Positions 1 to 13,200 are shown, counted from the first letter of the stretch. The stretch: DNA of 64,000 bases from Daphnia carinata (GCF_022539665.2 NC_081333.1:10912001-10976000), one strand, 5' to 3'. Made by a program: numbers and translations. The notes: a model not told the origin generated them from the letters alone.

Positions 1-1340
1 TATTAGACTCAAGTGGTTGCGGGGCTTGAAAAATAAGCCCTACAAAATAAGCCCGACATTTAATTTTTTTTTAATATTTTTAAAAACACAGACATGACAT
101 TAAAAAACGTTATGTTTTTTAAATCAACGTTCAGTTTTGAACATAATACGTGGTTTTTATACATTTTCAAGAGATTTTGGTTTTTGTCCGATTTTGACAA
201 AAGTGAGAAGGCTATAGCCTTCCCACTTTTTCATTTTTGGTTAAAATCTAGATTTCGTTAAAGATACATCTTTTCAATAGGAAATTAGACAAGGATCACG
301 AAAATTGACGTTATTTTCTCGTGGGACTGATAGTTCCAGAGTTATTCGACTTTTACGTGGTTGCGGGGCTTGAAAAATAAGCCTGAATTAAAATTTCTAT
401 AGATTTTCCTATAAAAAAATTATAACGGCTGATTTAGGGAGAAAAACACTTACATAATCGAACTCAGCATTTAATTTTGGCTATGCCATGTGATTTTTAT
501 CGAATTCTAAGAGATATCGTTTTATGCCGATTTTGACAAAAGTGGGAAGGCTATAGCCTTCCCACTTTTTCATTTTTGGCTAAACTCTAGATTTCGTTAA
601 AAATACATCATTTCAATGGGAAACCATACGGGGATCCCGAAAATCGACCTTATTTTCTCGTGGGACTGATAGTTCCAGAGTTATTAGACTTTTACGTGGT
701 TGCAGGGCTTGAAAAATAAGCCCGACAAAAAAAGTCGGGCTTAAAATTTCTATAGATTTTCCTGTTTAAAAATAATAACGGCTAGTTTAAGGAGAAAAAC
801 ACTTATATGATTTTTATCGAATTCTAAGAGATATCGTTTTATGCCGATTTTGACAAAAGTGAGAAGGCTATATAGCCTTCTCACTTTTTCATTTTTGGCT
901 AAAATCTAGATTTCGTTAAAAATACATCACTTCGATTGTAAATCACACAAGGATCACGAAAATTGACGTTATTTTCTCGTGGGACTGATAGTTCCAGAGT
1001 TATTAGACTTTTAAGTGATTGCGGGGCTTGAAAAATATGCCCGAATAAATAAGCCCGACAAAAAAAGTGGGGCTTAATATTTCTATAGATTTTTCTATTA
1101 AAAAATAATAACGGTTGGTGTATGGAGAAAAACACTTACATAATCGAACTCAGCATTCAATTTTGGCTATGTCGGGTGATTTTTATCGAATTCCAAAAGA
1201 TTTCGTTTTTTGCCGATTTTGACAAAAGTGAGAAGGCTATAGCCTTCTCACTTTTTCATTTTTGGCCAAATTTCAAATTTGGCTTAAAATATATCATTTC
1301 GATGCAGAATTGAATGCTAATCACGAAAATTATGTTTATT
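1..1340. repeat. Tandem repeat array (~320-370 bp unit, ~4 copies visible, truncated by left edge); satellite or internal array of a non-autonomous transposon
   Basis: Unit anchor 'TTATT(A/C)GACT..GTGGTTGC(G/A)GGGCTTGAAAAATA' recurs at ~1, ~342, ~681 and ~1000. The block CCGATTTTGACAAAAGTG(A/G)GAAGGCTATAGCCTTC(C/T)CACTTTTTCATTTTTGG recurs with its palindrome starting at 199, 538, 855 and 1224. Confidence 0.95.
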
Positions 1341-2027
1341 TTTCAATTGGCCCTATAGTTTTTAAATTTAACGTAAAAAATATCGTGGGAAATTTGCCTC
1401 AAAAATCTGAAAAAACTGACACCCATTACTAATGGTTGAATACCCCAGAATACTCAAAATTTAATGCTGATTCCGGTAAAATTGTTCTTTTTTCATTAAG
1501 ACAATCGTTTTTTAAATAAACCTAATATTTGACACAACGCTAGCCCGCCAGTCTCCGGTAGGACATGGGTTAGTGTAGTACATTGACAACCCGTTTTCCT
1601 AGTGTAGGAGTTGAAAAATAAACAAAAATTTCATACTTAAATGGGGTAGCGCCAATACCTTCCAGTGGAAAGCTGGCTGTTGATATTATAGAGGTTTCGC
1701 ACTGTCATCTAGTGACAATCTACCTTCCAGTAATTTAAGGCATCACCGACTTAGGAATGGAACTTAAATTTAACAATTCTGTTGTTAGTATGGAAGGAAG
1801 GGCAATTGTGCAATACATGACGCTTTACAATTTATTTCTATCGCCTCATATGTCGAAAATAACTTTGTTCAATAAGAAAAAAGAATTTTATTCGCCTTGT
1901 GACCAAGTTATAAGTTTTGACATGCTATGGGGTCATCAGTCATAATAAAAAAATTTTATTTGATCGCAAGTGAAGACGAAATGAATAAATAGCAAAAATT
2001 TCGGAGAAAGGTAAACGACGGCACGAC

Positions 2028-5000
2028 TCAGGAAGCTGCAGCTTCATCGCTTGTAGGTTTCGTTCTGTTGCGTACAGCGGCCTGGATCTGCTGGACCTGT
2101 GAATTGGTAAGTCGGCGGATCTCGCCATTGGAGAGAATCAAGGTTAGCATCTTCGAGTTGCCTTCTTTAACAATAGTCAATCTTGCTCCAACAGCTTCTG
2201 GGCCAGCAACTGAACGAAGAATATCAGCACTGATAATATTGTTCTGCCTCGGATCGCTAATAAGGATTTGCTTGGAAACGGCTGGCGATCCATTGGTCTT
2301 CGGGGTAATGATCGGGTTAACAAGGGATGGCGTCACGGTAGGAGGAATTGACTTAGTTACAGTTGTGACATCTATTGCGGCAGGTGGATCTGCGTGAGCC
2401 AAATTAGTGGCAATAGAGGTTGTAGGAGTCGATTCATCAGCAACTGGAATTGCAGAATTTAATTCATTTGAAGTGGGTGCTGCAGAAACAACTTCAGGAG
2501 AAGAAGAATCGACAGGAGTTGATTCGGGAACTGCAACGGCCAATTCAGGAACAGCTTGAACTGCAGGAGTGGAGTCAGAAACAGCAGGAACAACAGAAGC
2601 GGCGTCCCTAGAAGCCGCATTAGTAATGATTTTCAACTTTCGTGGCAACGGAGAGGCGCTGATGACTTTAGGACCAGCTGGTGTCATTTGGGCCGTGACC
2701 ATGAAACGCCCATGTTGTCCCATATCCAATGCTAGACTGCGCGGTTCGTGAGCCACAATCAACCCATTTAGGGCTGCCTGGCTTACTAACTGGGTGATGT
2801 CGATGGACACCGGTGCTGGTGGACTGCCACCCGCTTTTTGAAGATGGAGAGGTGGCCTTTGATGAATGAAAATTTTTCTCGGTTGAGCAGCAATTGGGCT
2901 AGACGTAGTTGACTGTAAGGACCGGTTCGTTTTGAGCTGTGTGAGAAATCCAGCTGTTTTCGGGTTCGTGATTCTTACCAGTTGCCCGTCTTTAGATGGA
3001 AAATAAACGGATGGTGAACCGTTAGGTGAGCTGGCAGCTGATGCACTTGGACGAGGATCGTTACTGCTGAGTAAAGCCTGCTGTCGGCGGAGTTGACGAA
3101 GCTGATCAACGAGCTGGTCTGTTTGGACGCCTGCTGGAGGAGATTTGTCTACAGACTTAATCACAGGTTGGCTATTAGCTGGTTCTTGAGGTGGACTTGT
3201 GCTTTCTTCTGGAACACCAACAAATTCGGCTGTTGCCCTGGTAACGCGTCGCCCAATCCAGAATCCAGGATTTTTCATTTCCGGGATATAGTTAGAACGT
3301 TTGCGACCCACAGGTGTTTCAGGTGTTGAATGGGCGTCCGAGTCCCAAGCCGGATCAAAGTTATAGGAGCCTTTGCGATTTTGTTTACTAGGAGGCTCTT
3401 CTTCCATAGGACTGGAACTTCTCGTACTCTGATGAGAACCATTAGCTGTGTGTAAAATACGTTTAACTCGAAGTCGGCGTGAATGTCGCACGCCATCGTC
3501 CGATCCGATAGAGCTCGCGTTATCTTCTGGTTGAGAACCCTCCGATTCTGACATGCCTGAATCACGAATTCGATCGCTTTCCTCTGTTGCACCAGAGCTT
3601 TGGCGATTGCTCGATGAAGAGCATCGGTAGCGTTCCCATTCTTTCCAAAGTTGTTGACAAATTTTTTGGTTGGCTTGTTGCTGGTCAGACGCCAGTGGCT
3701 GGGCTTCCTCCAGCAGAGACTGAAGGTGCTCGCGGAGTTTTACCTCACAGCGAGGACGGGGTTTTCCTTCTTCATTTACATCGCTAAAGCGATTGATCCA
3801 GTCCTGCAATTCTTCTACATTGGAAATGATGAGTTCGAAGAAGTAGGGATCATAAGATGCACGATCAGGATCGGCAACCGCATCGGAGATCGATTCTGGT
3901 TCCAAAGAAGTGGTACTTTCAGGAGCAACTGGTGTTTCTGGCTCATTTGACGGCGCGAGTTTTTGCAGCAATTGAGACACCGTGAAGCGTTGAGTGGTAG
4001 CTGATGGCGAAGACTCTTCACCCTCACATTTAACTTGACCTTCTTTCATCGGTTCGCTCAATTCATCGTTGGTTACAGGTTGTTCGATCTCTTCCTGCTT
4101 TATATCGGTCTTAATGGTTTCGCCCTGTAAAAGAATTGGCTGCTTTGTTCCTTCATCTTCTTCTTTGGAATCATTTTCTACCTTGTCAAGCGTCTCATCA
4201 GCTTCATCAACGACATTGTCATCTTTACCGATTTTGGGCGTCTCTTCTTCTACTTCTTCTTCTTTAATAATCTTTTCTTCAGTCTGAACTTTTTCTTCAA
4301 CATCTTCTTTTTCTACTTTAATTTCCACTTTTTCTGCTTCTTCAGTCGCCGTTTCTTTTTCCACAGTTTCTTCTGGCTCTTCAACGATCTTTTGCAATTT
4401 CTTTTTAACCGGCCTCTTTCGACTTCTTGTTCTCCGACCACGTTTTTTTCGCTGAGCAGTTTTCGCCACAGCAACGGTCTGCTCGTTAGGCTCTTCATCT
4501 TCTTCGTCTTCCTCTTCTTTGTCACCGTTCGGTTCTTCTGAAATTTCGCTAACTTCAACGCTATCCTCATCATCCTCCGATTCACTGGATGTGTCTTTAT
4601 AAAGGGTGAGGCCAGTTTGTCGTTGCAAGGTACGCGGGGAGACGCGTGTACCTATTCGAGATGGACGTTCATCGGCTGTAGTAGATCTTTTTCTCTGAGG
4701 AGTTGGAGTCGTGTTGACAGTTGGTGTCCTTCATTTAAAAAAAACAGAAGTGGTAAATATAATTTTTAAAACTTTCAGATGAGTATTATTCTTGTGTACC
4801 GTGATTGCTTCTTTTTGGCAGGCGTTGACCTTTTTGGAGTCGTTGAAGCCCGTTTAGAGGCTGTTGACGCTCGTTTACGCTTCTTAAGTTCGGCTGCCTT
4901 GAGCTCCTCTTCACGGATGCGTTCTTCTTCTGCTTCGCGACGCTCAGCTACGATTGGTCCCCATATGGGATCGTCTTCGAACTCCCCGGTTTTCTGACGA

Positions 5001-6760
5001 TAGACCCGAATATCTGACCCACTTACAGCCGGGAAATGTAGATAAGTAAACCCATTAGCGTCTTGACCGAGAGTCACTTGCCGTGATTCGGGCCCTTCCT
5101 CTTCCGCCATGGCTTCTTGTACTGTTTTGTGGGAATGCACTACCGTGTCGCACATACCCTTGAAAATCCAAACTCTTTTCAAGAAGCTCAGTTGATGGTA
5201 GAGTTTACCTCCATCTAGAGGATTAGTATCACCGCAAACCCGCCAAAACATGGGCTCCAAACCAAGTACTTCGTGTACTGCAAGTAAAAACAGAAATGTC
5301 ATTAGTTGTAAAAAATCATTCAGTTAAAAATAAAGGCGAAAAATTGTACATTTCACGAATTGGCGTCCTTCCCGATTGTAGTTACGGTACCATTCAGCAA
5401 CCCGGCTGTTGACTTTGGCAGACCAAACAGCGTAAGGCGTAGGAGGCGATTCCGCTAATTTCACGCGCTGATTGGGAGAACTGAGCAACGACGTCATGAG
5501 TGTGGCCAGCAAAGCCGAAGCTTCGGGCATGAGGAACATGTGTTCCAACTCGTACTGTGCAATCTCCCCGATGTGAAGAGCTCCACGAGCAAGATGCAGA
5601 AAATGGCCAATTTGCGGTATTTCCCACATTGTTCTCATCTGGGCTTTCACCTGCGGATTCATCATGCGTTCGGCCCAGAGACAACGCTGACGTTCCTTTT
5701 CTTCACGTTTTAATCGTTGCTCTTCGGCACGTTTCTCTTTGGCCAACTGATCACGCTGCTCTCGCTCGTGTCTCACTCGGTGTAAAAGCACCGAAAAATA
5801 CGCATCAGATGACCCAGGACGAGCTTTCCGTTCAGCGTCGGTTTCCGCAACGGCACAAAGGGAGCGTAGGTCACTGGGTAATAGAGCCAGTTTCTGCTCA
5901 AGACTTTGTTCGAGTCGCAAAGCCTTTTTCGTTATGGGGTGATTGGGCCCGTTGTAGCGATAACAATTCTCCAGTATTAATCTCATGTCGCTGACAAAAT
6001 CGCTGATGGAAGTGTACTGATTCTGTCGAAACTTGTCCTTGATCAAGCTAAGCCACATTGGCTTCTTGACGACTTGATGGTAGTCGGGAGCGCCGTCTTT
6101 GACTGGATCCACTTGTTCCATGAAGGGCCAAGTTGTGTTGTGGTGAAGAGAAATTGTGAGATCCAAGAAAATACGTAGACCCCTTTGTAATTCCTCACTC
6201 AAGTGGGAGAATTCCTTCATTTCACGCTCTCTTTGTTGCTCTTTGTAGAAGCTGGGGCTTGGCTTGACAACTTGTTGTGGTGGCTTAGGAGCCAAAACTG
6301 CAGGCTGAGACAGCTTCTTGCTGTAAAAGCTCTTGACAGCTACTTTTTTGCTGGGCTCATTTTGTTGAGGTTGGATTTTAACTTGTGGCTTAGGAGTGGG
6401 CTGCAGTGAGATTGGCTGGGCTCGACCATTGGTTCCATTTATAGGAAGCTTTGGCTGAATTGCAATTAAACGAATGTTTCTCAAGGCATTAGTCAGACCA
6501 GCTTGAGCCGTAGAGGGTTGCTGGACTGTCTGTAAAGTTACAACTTGCATGATAGGTCCAGAGGATGTTAAAACTGTTGGAATGTTGTAAATTGTAGAAG
6601 GCTGTGTCTGTGCTTGTGGCAGTTGCTGAATAGGGGCAGCATTTGTTGCTGCACCAGCAATAACCTCGTTGGAAGTGACAACTTCCTCACTGTGGACAAC
6701 CATCTCCTCAGCCCCTACGGAGAAGCACTCTTCAGTGGCCCCTACTGGCCCTTGATCCAT
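2028..6760 (-). CDS. KIAA2026: Bromodomain-containing protein, KIAA2026/BRD10 homolog; 3 coding exons (~6760-5350, 5277-4800, 4729-2028)
   Basis: Bromodomain (WPFMEQVDPVKDGAPDYHQVVKKPMWL...ENCYRYNG), followed by MRTMWEIPQIGHFLHLA...YELEHMFLMP, which resembles human KIAA2026. WHIM-like LSFLKRVWIFKGMCD and LGQDANGFTYLHFP motifs. GT-AG introns keep the frame. The ATG at 6760 directly follows an acceptor AG, so an upstream exon may exist. Confidence 0.88.
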
Positions 6761-7516
6761 CTGCGGAGTAAAGCAATATGGCATTAGTTGAAAGCAGCTA
6801 CAGGAAAAGGGGAGGGGAAGGGAAGATGGAGAAGACACAACATCAGAAGTCAAAACAAACACACACTAAACAATTCAAACAAGCAGTTTCCCGCCATGTC
6901 AAAATCAAGGTAAATACGGCTTGTTTTCCTTAACGTATTAAACAATTAAAAGAACATCGGTCATGGCCGTGACGAGCATTGTAGAAAGGAAAAAGTTGGT
7001 AGAGGATGCCCAAAAAATCTAAGAAATCTTGTTCACAAAAACAAACAATAATCACCGTAGCTGGCAGCGGTCTTCGAATAAATAATCACAACTCTAGTTA
7101 ATTTTGCTTAACAGTGTTTGGCGCATAGGCGAGAGGCCATAAGTAAGAACCAAGAAAAAGATATATTTTACCGCATGGTTGCCGGTGTGACAAAAGTTTC
7201 TTTAGCTTTAGCGATCGGAAAATCACTTAAATGACCAATATCGCCTAAACTAGTATATCAAATATTTTATTTATTTAATCTTTAATGTTCAATCTGCCAT
7301 TAAGATTATAATTTTTGTTTAAAAAAAATTATACTTCTAGTTGGCTTTGTTGGCTGGTGGTGGCACCTATCGGTGTGATTTTAAGCGGAAGCGTATCTTG
7401 TGACGATGACAAATTCGTCTGAATCGTGAATGACTGAAAGGGACGAGTGTCACAAGATTCAAAACACGACTTTCATTTTTCAAACAAACTCAATGACTTA
7501 TTAAATAATTGTAGAA

Positions 7517-10179
7517 ATGTCTACAATGCCGATTGACTTGGCTGATTTGCTGCGTAAATTCAAATGGAAACGAGAGTTGGACAATAAAGGCATTTCGTAA
7601 GTTGAACAATCGCATAAAAATATCCGACAATTCGATCAGTGATGAAAACACCAGTCTTTGATTTACAGATTCAGAAAGACCTTAATATTTGTGCTTGTTG
7701 GCACGGGCTTATTTCTATATTTCGGACCAAATTTTCTCCGATGGCTCTTTACATCAAAAGGCAATTCATATGGTAAATTTTTAAACATTCCTAGAATCTT
7801 AATCACAAACTGTCTTCTATCAAGTAACTATGTCATGAGAAAGACCTATTTACTTTAAGCAAATTTACAAAAGCTAACACTAAATATTCAAAATAAAAAT
7901 TTGTGTTCAGACACTCTTAGTAGGTGCATCAATGACAAGATTGACTCCTACGTACTAGAATCATTGGATTCTGATTCCCATATAATATATCCTCCCGCTG
8001 AACCAGACTCTTTATCAGATAAATCAAATGTCCTCAACCATTTTGTTGGAAATGGGATGGTGGGGACAGAAACTAAACCAGATTCACCTCTATACATCAA
8101 GAGTGAAAAGGTGTTGTCTTTGGCTGTCCCGTTCCAGCCCATCACAGGTGTCTTCCTGCCAGGTGCAGACAGAAGTGATCATCAAAGAGAAGCGTCAGTG
8201 CTTCAATTTGCTAACGGCCTCGCCCACAAAATCCAGTGTATTCCCTACGGAAGTGCTTGCCTAACTGTCACGCATCAAATTTACGCTCATCGCACCATCT
8301 CATCTCTCCTAGTCCAAGATATAAAAATTACGAATCCTACAGATGAGGATGTAGTCCTATCACTGGAAAGGGGAGGTCTATCTAAGTGGCATACTTCTGT
8401 TGTCTACACACACAAGTACTGTCTTTCAGTCAGTTAAAAGCTTTAACCATTTTCGTTTTAATTAGACTTCATTATCATTCGCAGATTCAAAATTGGTAGC
8501 GAAGAACACGACTGTTTGGTGATAACGGGTTCATTGACCGATGGCGCTAAGCAATTTGTCGTAGCTGTAACGACAACAAAGCTGCCGTCTACTATCGAGG
8601 TAAAAAATTATTAGAAAGTTAAAGCGAATTGGCTTAAGTGTTTTACCCGATGTCCACCCTAAAATTAGGTGAAGAAAAGATCTTCAGAAACATTTCACGT
8701 GTATACTATCACAACGTATTCAACAATGTTGAATATTGGGAAATATACAGCCATTAAAGAGAGTCTGGAAATGGATGCCTTACAGGTATGTTTTTCGAAA
8801 CTACATGACATCTTTCTTTGTTCCACATAAAAACAACAAAAGAGATATTTGTTATTGTAGATGATGAACTCAGTGGTAACCATGACTTCACGCCAGCTGC
8901 GAGCCGCCCACGTCGAAGTGTGGCATCACCTATTTTCTAGTGGATTGTTCATAAGTACGTCGAAAGCAGCCGGTGCCATCAACGGTGACCGAATTAACGC
9001 CACGCTGTATATGACTCTGTCGCAAGTCCGCGCACAGAAAATTGAATCGGAAATGAGTCAGGAGGAACTCAACCAACACCATTCCCATCTGGCCTACACG
9101 GAAGGCTGTTACGGTGGCCATCATACTCTGTAATCTTTTCCCCATATTTCCTTAAAAAAATGATAATAATATCTCTGCATGGCAACCATCTTTAGCCAAG
9201 CTGCCAGACTTTGGCTAGATCTCAATTCAATGGATCGAATCGTCCAAGTCACTAGTTTATGGTTGAAGACTTTAGAGTCTCAGGGTTGCCATAAATTAGT
9301 GAAGATGGGTGCCGAGGGAGTGATGCAGGCGATGCTGTTGAGTTTCGGTTCGTGGAAGTTTAGCAATCAGCATCTCGAGTTTAATACGGAGCCCAAGGAT
9401 TTACACCGCGACTTCCACTACCGGCGGATTAATTACGGCAACGGGACGCACGTCAACGTGACGGTGGCTGTGCTGGACGACAACAAGGCCGCCCTGTACG
9501 TGGCGCTGGATCGCAACGACAAGGACTATTACGGTTGCGACGGCGGATGTTTGGATTCGCCCGTCCAGTTGAGCTCGCAGCGGAGGCAGTTTCCCGTCAA
9601 GTTGACGGAACCGAGGACGGCCGTCCTCTACATCACCAGTGATAAACAGCACATGGAGAATTTGAAGCACACGATACACGTCCACGAAGTGGCCGAGGGT
9701 AAGCAGACAAATAAAAATAATAACCTAAAATATGCAGACTTCAATGGCCTACTAGTCTCTTTTCTAATTTTAAACTAACGATGTTTATGTTTATCTTTTT
9801 CCTTTCCCTAGCTCCGGCACACGAGCAGGTAAGATACGGTTGTGTATTGAAGACTTGCTTCGAACGATGATTAATGTCCGTTTCTGTTTATCTCGCTTAC
9901 AGCACGTCATTGCCCTTCATAAACACGGGCACGCCCTCGGTGGACTGCCGACCTTCTTCTGGGCCACGTTCTCTCTCCTCATCGTCCTCTTCCATCTTTT
10001 CCTTTTCAAGCTCATTTACAACGAGTATTGCGGAGGAGTCCAACCGGAAACCAAGTCAACCCGCTCCAGGTTTCTGACTCATTACAAATATTTATTTCCT
10101 TTGGTTAAACAAAAAAAGTAATGGGGGAAAATGTAACGTAATTTTATTTTTATTTCTCAGAAAATTTTCGGATCTTTAA
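7517..10179 (+). CDS. KIAA2013: KIAA2013 (DUF2152) family membrane protein, multi-exon
   Basis: N-terminal TM segment ([16 protein letters not shown]), [51 protein letters not shown]-terminal TM ([30 protein letters not shown]). Last exon 10161-10179 ends ...KFSDL*. Confidence 0.9.
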
Positions 10180-10283
10180 AACCAAAACAATTTGGCTTTA
10201 CATTTCATCCATCGGAAGAACAAAAATAAAGACATGACTAGAAGACGACGAAAATGATAGGATACATTAATAACTTTTTTTGT

Positions 10284-13200
10284 TTACATCATTTCAGCGT
10301 CATAAGGATACCAGTCGACGTACACGTCCATGTTGGTGCTTTTGACTGTGGCCAGCATCAACGCGTAATCATCTTGATCCAACTGTGTTTTGTAACAGTT
10401 TATTATAGAGGTTGTTTGGTTATTAAAAACTACAAAAAAAAAGAGAACTGTTTCTTTTATTGCTACTTGCCTGTGGGCAGTTCCACAAACGAAGCAAATT
10501 AAGGTCACTGTCTCTTTGCAGAAGCTCAAGCAGCAACGTCAGCGAAACGTGGCGACAGCCGTCAAATGTGGCGTGCGATAAGGACATCATGGGATTGACC
10601 TTTTTGTCCCCACCCGAGAGTAAAAAAATGTGTAAAGTTTAGATATGGGGTTACATTGATCACGCAGACATTTGCGTCCTTGTGTGTCTGCTGCTGTAAA
10701 CAACACACAGCTGCCATGGGCGCTTATCGGTTGCCAGGCCAGAAATATCATTTGAAGAGCGGGGGCAAAATAAAAACAACTAGTTTGGCGAGTTTAAGAA
10801 ACCCAGCAGTGAAACAACACACACACAGGCTTACCGTCCACAGTTCGTTGAATAACTGGTCAGTTAGAACGTGGCAGTTACGGAAGAGTAAATTTTGAAC
10901 ACGCTGGCAAGGAGTCGTTAGTTGCTTGATGACGAGAGCTGGAAGCTGAGCGCCAGCTAAGGCCCACAGTTCCAATGCTTCCAACTGAGTGTAGAGTTCC
11001 GGTTGGATTGAATCCACTGGCGCAAAATGGCAAATTTCCGATAGTGCCAGATTTTTTAGTTCCAGACATGCCATTCCGATAACTATAAGCAATGTATTTC
11101 CAATGACATATTTAATAATGTTGTACGTTAAAAGAATAATTGAATACACACAAATGTCAAGTATTTGAACATACCTTGAATGTCGACACATGTGAATCGG
11201 GTCAGAATGAGGTTGTTGAGTTGATGTCCGACAGCCTGAAGTACAGGGACGATGCTCGTATAGAAATCCATCGAATAAGCCGATGGGCCATTGGCTAACG
11301 ACAGATCACACAATCGGCTCAATCGGCTGAGATTCCATAGTGCCGATTCTTGAAACGATGGGCTGGATGTCAAGGCAACCGACTGCAAATCCGGACACAG
11401 ATGAAGAGCCGTGACTAGATTTTCGGACGTGCTTAATGGATCGCTTGACTTGAGACTTGTCAGGCGATATGGTGGGCATCCATTCGATTCATCGATTAAC
11501 TCCTCCAATGCTCTTTCGTCACCTCCCAACTCAGTCAAATGATCAAATACTTGGTAAATAAATTCGTATTCCACCTGGCGTAGTTGTGGCATTGTCCTCA
11601 AAGCTGTGGCTATACCCTTTAAGCAACCAACGGATGAGAAGAAATGAATGGCAACGATGTCAAAAAGCCTACAAATGAATACGTACGTACATAATGGCTA
11701 ACATAAGTGTCCGTCACAAGGAGTCGCGTCAGCTGGCAAGGAAGGCCGTCCTCTTCCGTTTTCCGGCCGAGCAATTCCAGGCCCCTATCCGAAATGGGAG
11801 TGGACGAGACATCTAAACTGCGTAGTTGGCGGCACGTCTCACCAATTTGACCTAAAACCTGTTTTGTTTTGAGGAGTTAAAACAAAAAACAGATTGCTTT
11901 TTTTGTTTGTTATTTTTATCAGCATGTTTTCCCATTTAATAAGTGGGCAAAAAAATGAGGTTAAAAACGCAAATAACTTGATCGTTGATTGGTGTCATCT
12001 GAAAGTTGATGTACTTGAGAAACGGAAGTTTGGCCACAAGCCGGCAGAGTAGATCAGGCCCCAAATACGAAATGTACGACAAATCCAAACGCTGTAAATT
12101 CTAATAACAGAAATCAAAAAAAAAGAATTCGATTAGCGTTAACGTTATTATCATAGCGCTAGAGTGAGTTATTGCAAGCGGTCATTCTTCCCCTAATTTC
12201 GATGACGAATGATTTTTGCAATAATAACAAGCACATCCGCTGCATCGTCAACGTATAACTACAAGCTATTGTTGCTCTTGTTGTACATTTTTTTGGCCGC
12301 ATTCAATCAAAAGAAAATGGACAAATATTTGTTTGGCTTTCTCTGATGCTTAGGATGTCCACATCGATCGATGTCTACACGTACTATTTAGGCAGTCGAG
12401 CATTTTTTTTTTTCTTTACTTGGCAACGATCACCGACGAATTGGATGGCGAAATAGACATCTCCGATACCCGACGCCAAATTGAAGCTAACATCCATAAT
12501 AAAATCACATTTAATAGATTCATAAAGGCGTTAACACAATATCGAGTGCTGGCGATCAAAACCTCTCCAGATGTGGCTGAATCAAATGATGGAGGTAAGC
12601 CCGGCCTAGGGGACGCTGCTGGGCAACTGTTTGGAGCATTTCTTCAAGTAAATCGGACGCTTAAAAAAAAACAAAAAAACAACAAAAATAAGAAATGCAA
12701 AATGTTTTTATAAAAAAAAAACGAGAGTAAGAAAATCAAAGCAAGTGCAGGCAAGCAATAAGTTAATTGTCGAGTTAAAACGGACAAAGTAGGCGGTCTT
12801 AAAAGAGAAGGGCTAATTAAATCAAATTAAAAAGTCTCTTTTACATTCAACGCTCGCTTAAAATCCAATTAAATCTACGAGACTTTCTAGGGCTCATGGC
12901 AACAGCTGGTAGACGACGATGTCGGAAGGATTATTCCGGTTGACATATCGCCGTTGTTGGGAGCAACTGGACCCACTCGTCTCTCACTCGACTAGGATCA
13001 TTGGAAGATGCTGGTGAAGTGAGTCGAGTCTTTTGTGATGTGAAAAAGAGACGACTTGGATGATGTTTGACGTGGCCACGGATGGAATGCCTCTCCATAT
13101 CAGTCCCGAGACAAAAGCATGTCGTCGCCATGAAGCGATCCCACTTAATCCTTCTGACGACAACGATGACGACGTAAATGCTAAAAAAGAAGTAGCTCCT

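Noticed and set aside
899..1313. Short ORFs inside the tandem array
   Set aside because: Chance ORFs in repeat DNA that are not kept open in the other copies.
1..1340. Regularly spaced 32-bp palindromes resembling a CRISPR array
   Set aside because: The intervening ~300 bp segments are homologous to each other rather than unique spacers, there are no cas genes, and the context is eukaryotic.
2068..6409. Antisense ORFs overlapping KIAA2026 (similar ones overlap RAVER and Caprin)
   Set aside because: Shadow ORFs of low-complexity coding sequence, with no independent motifs or splice support.
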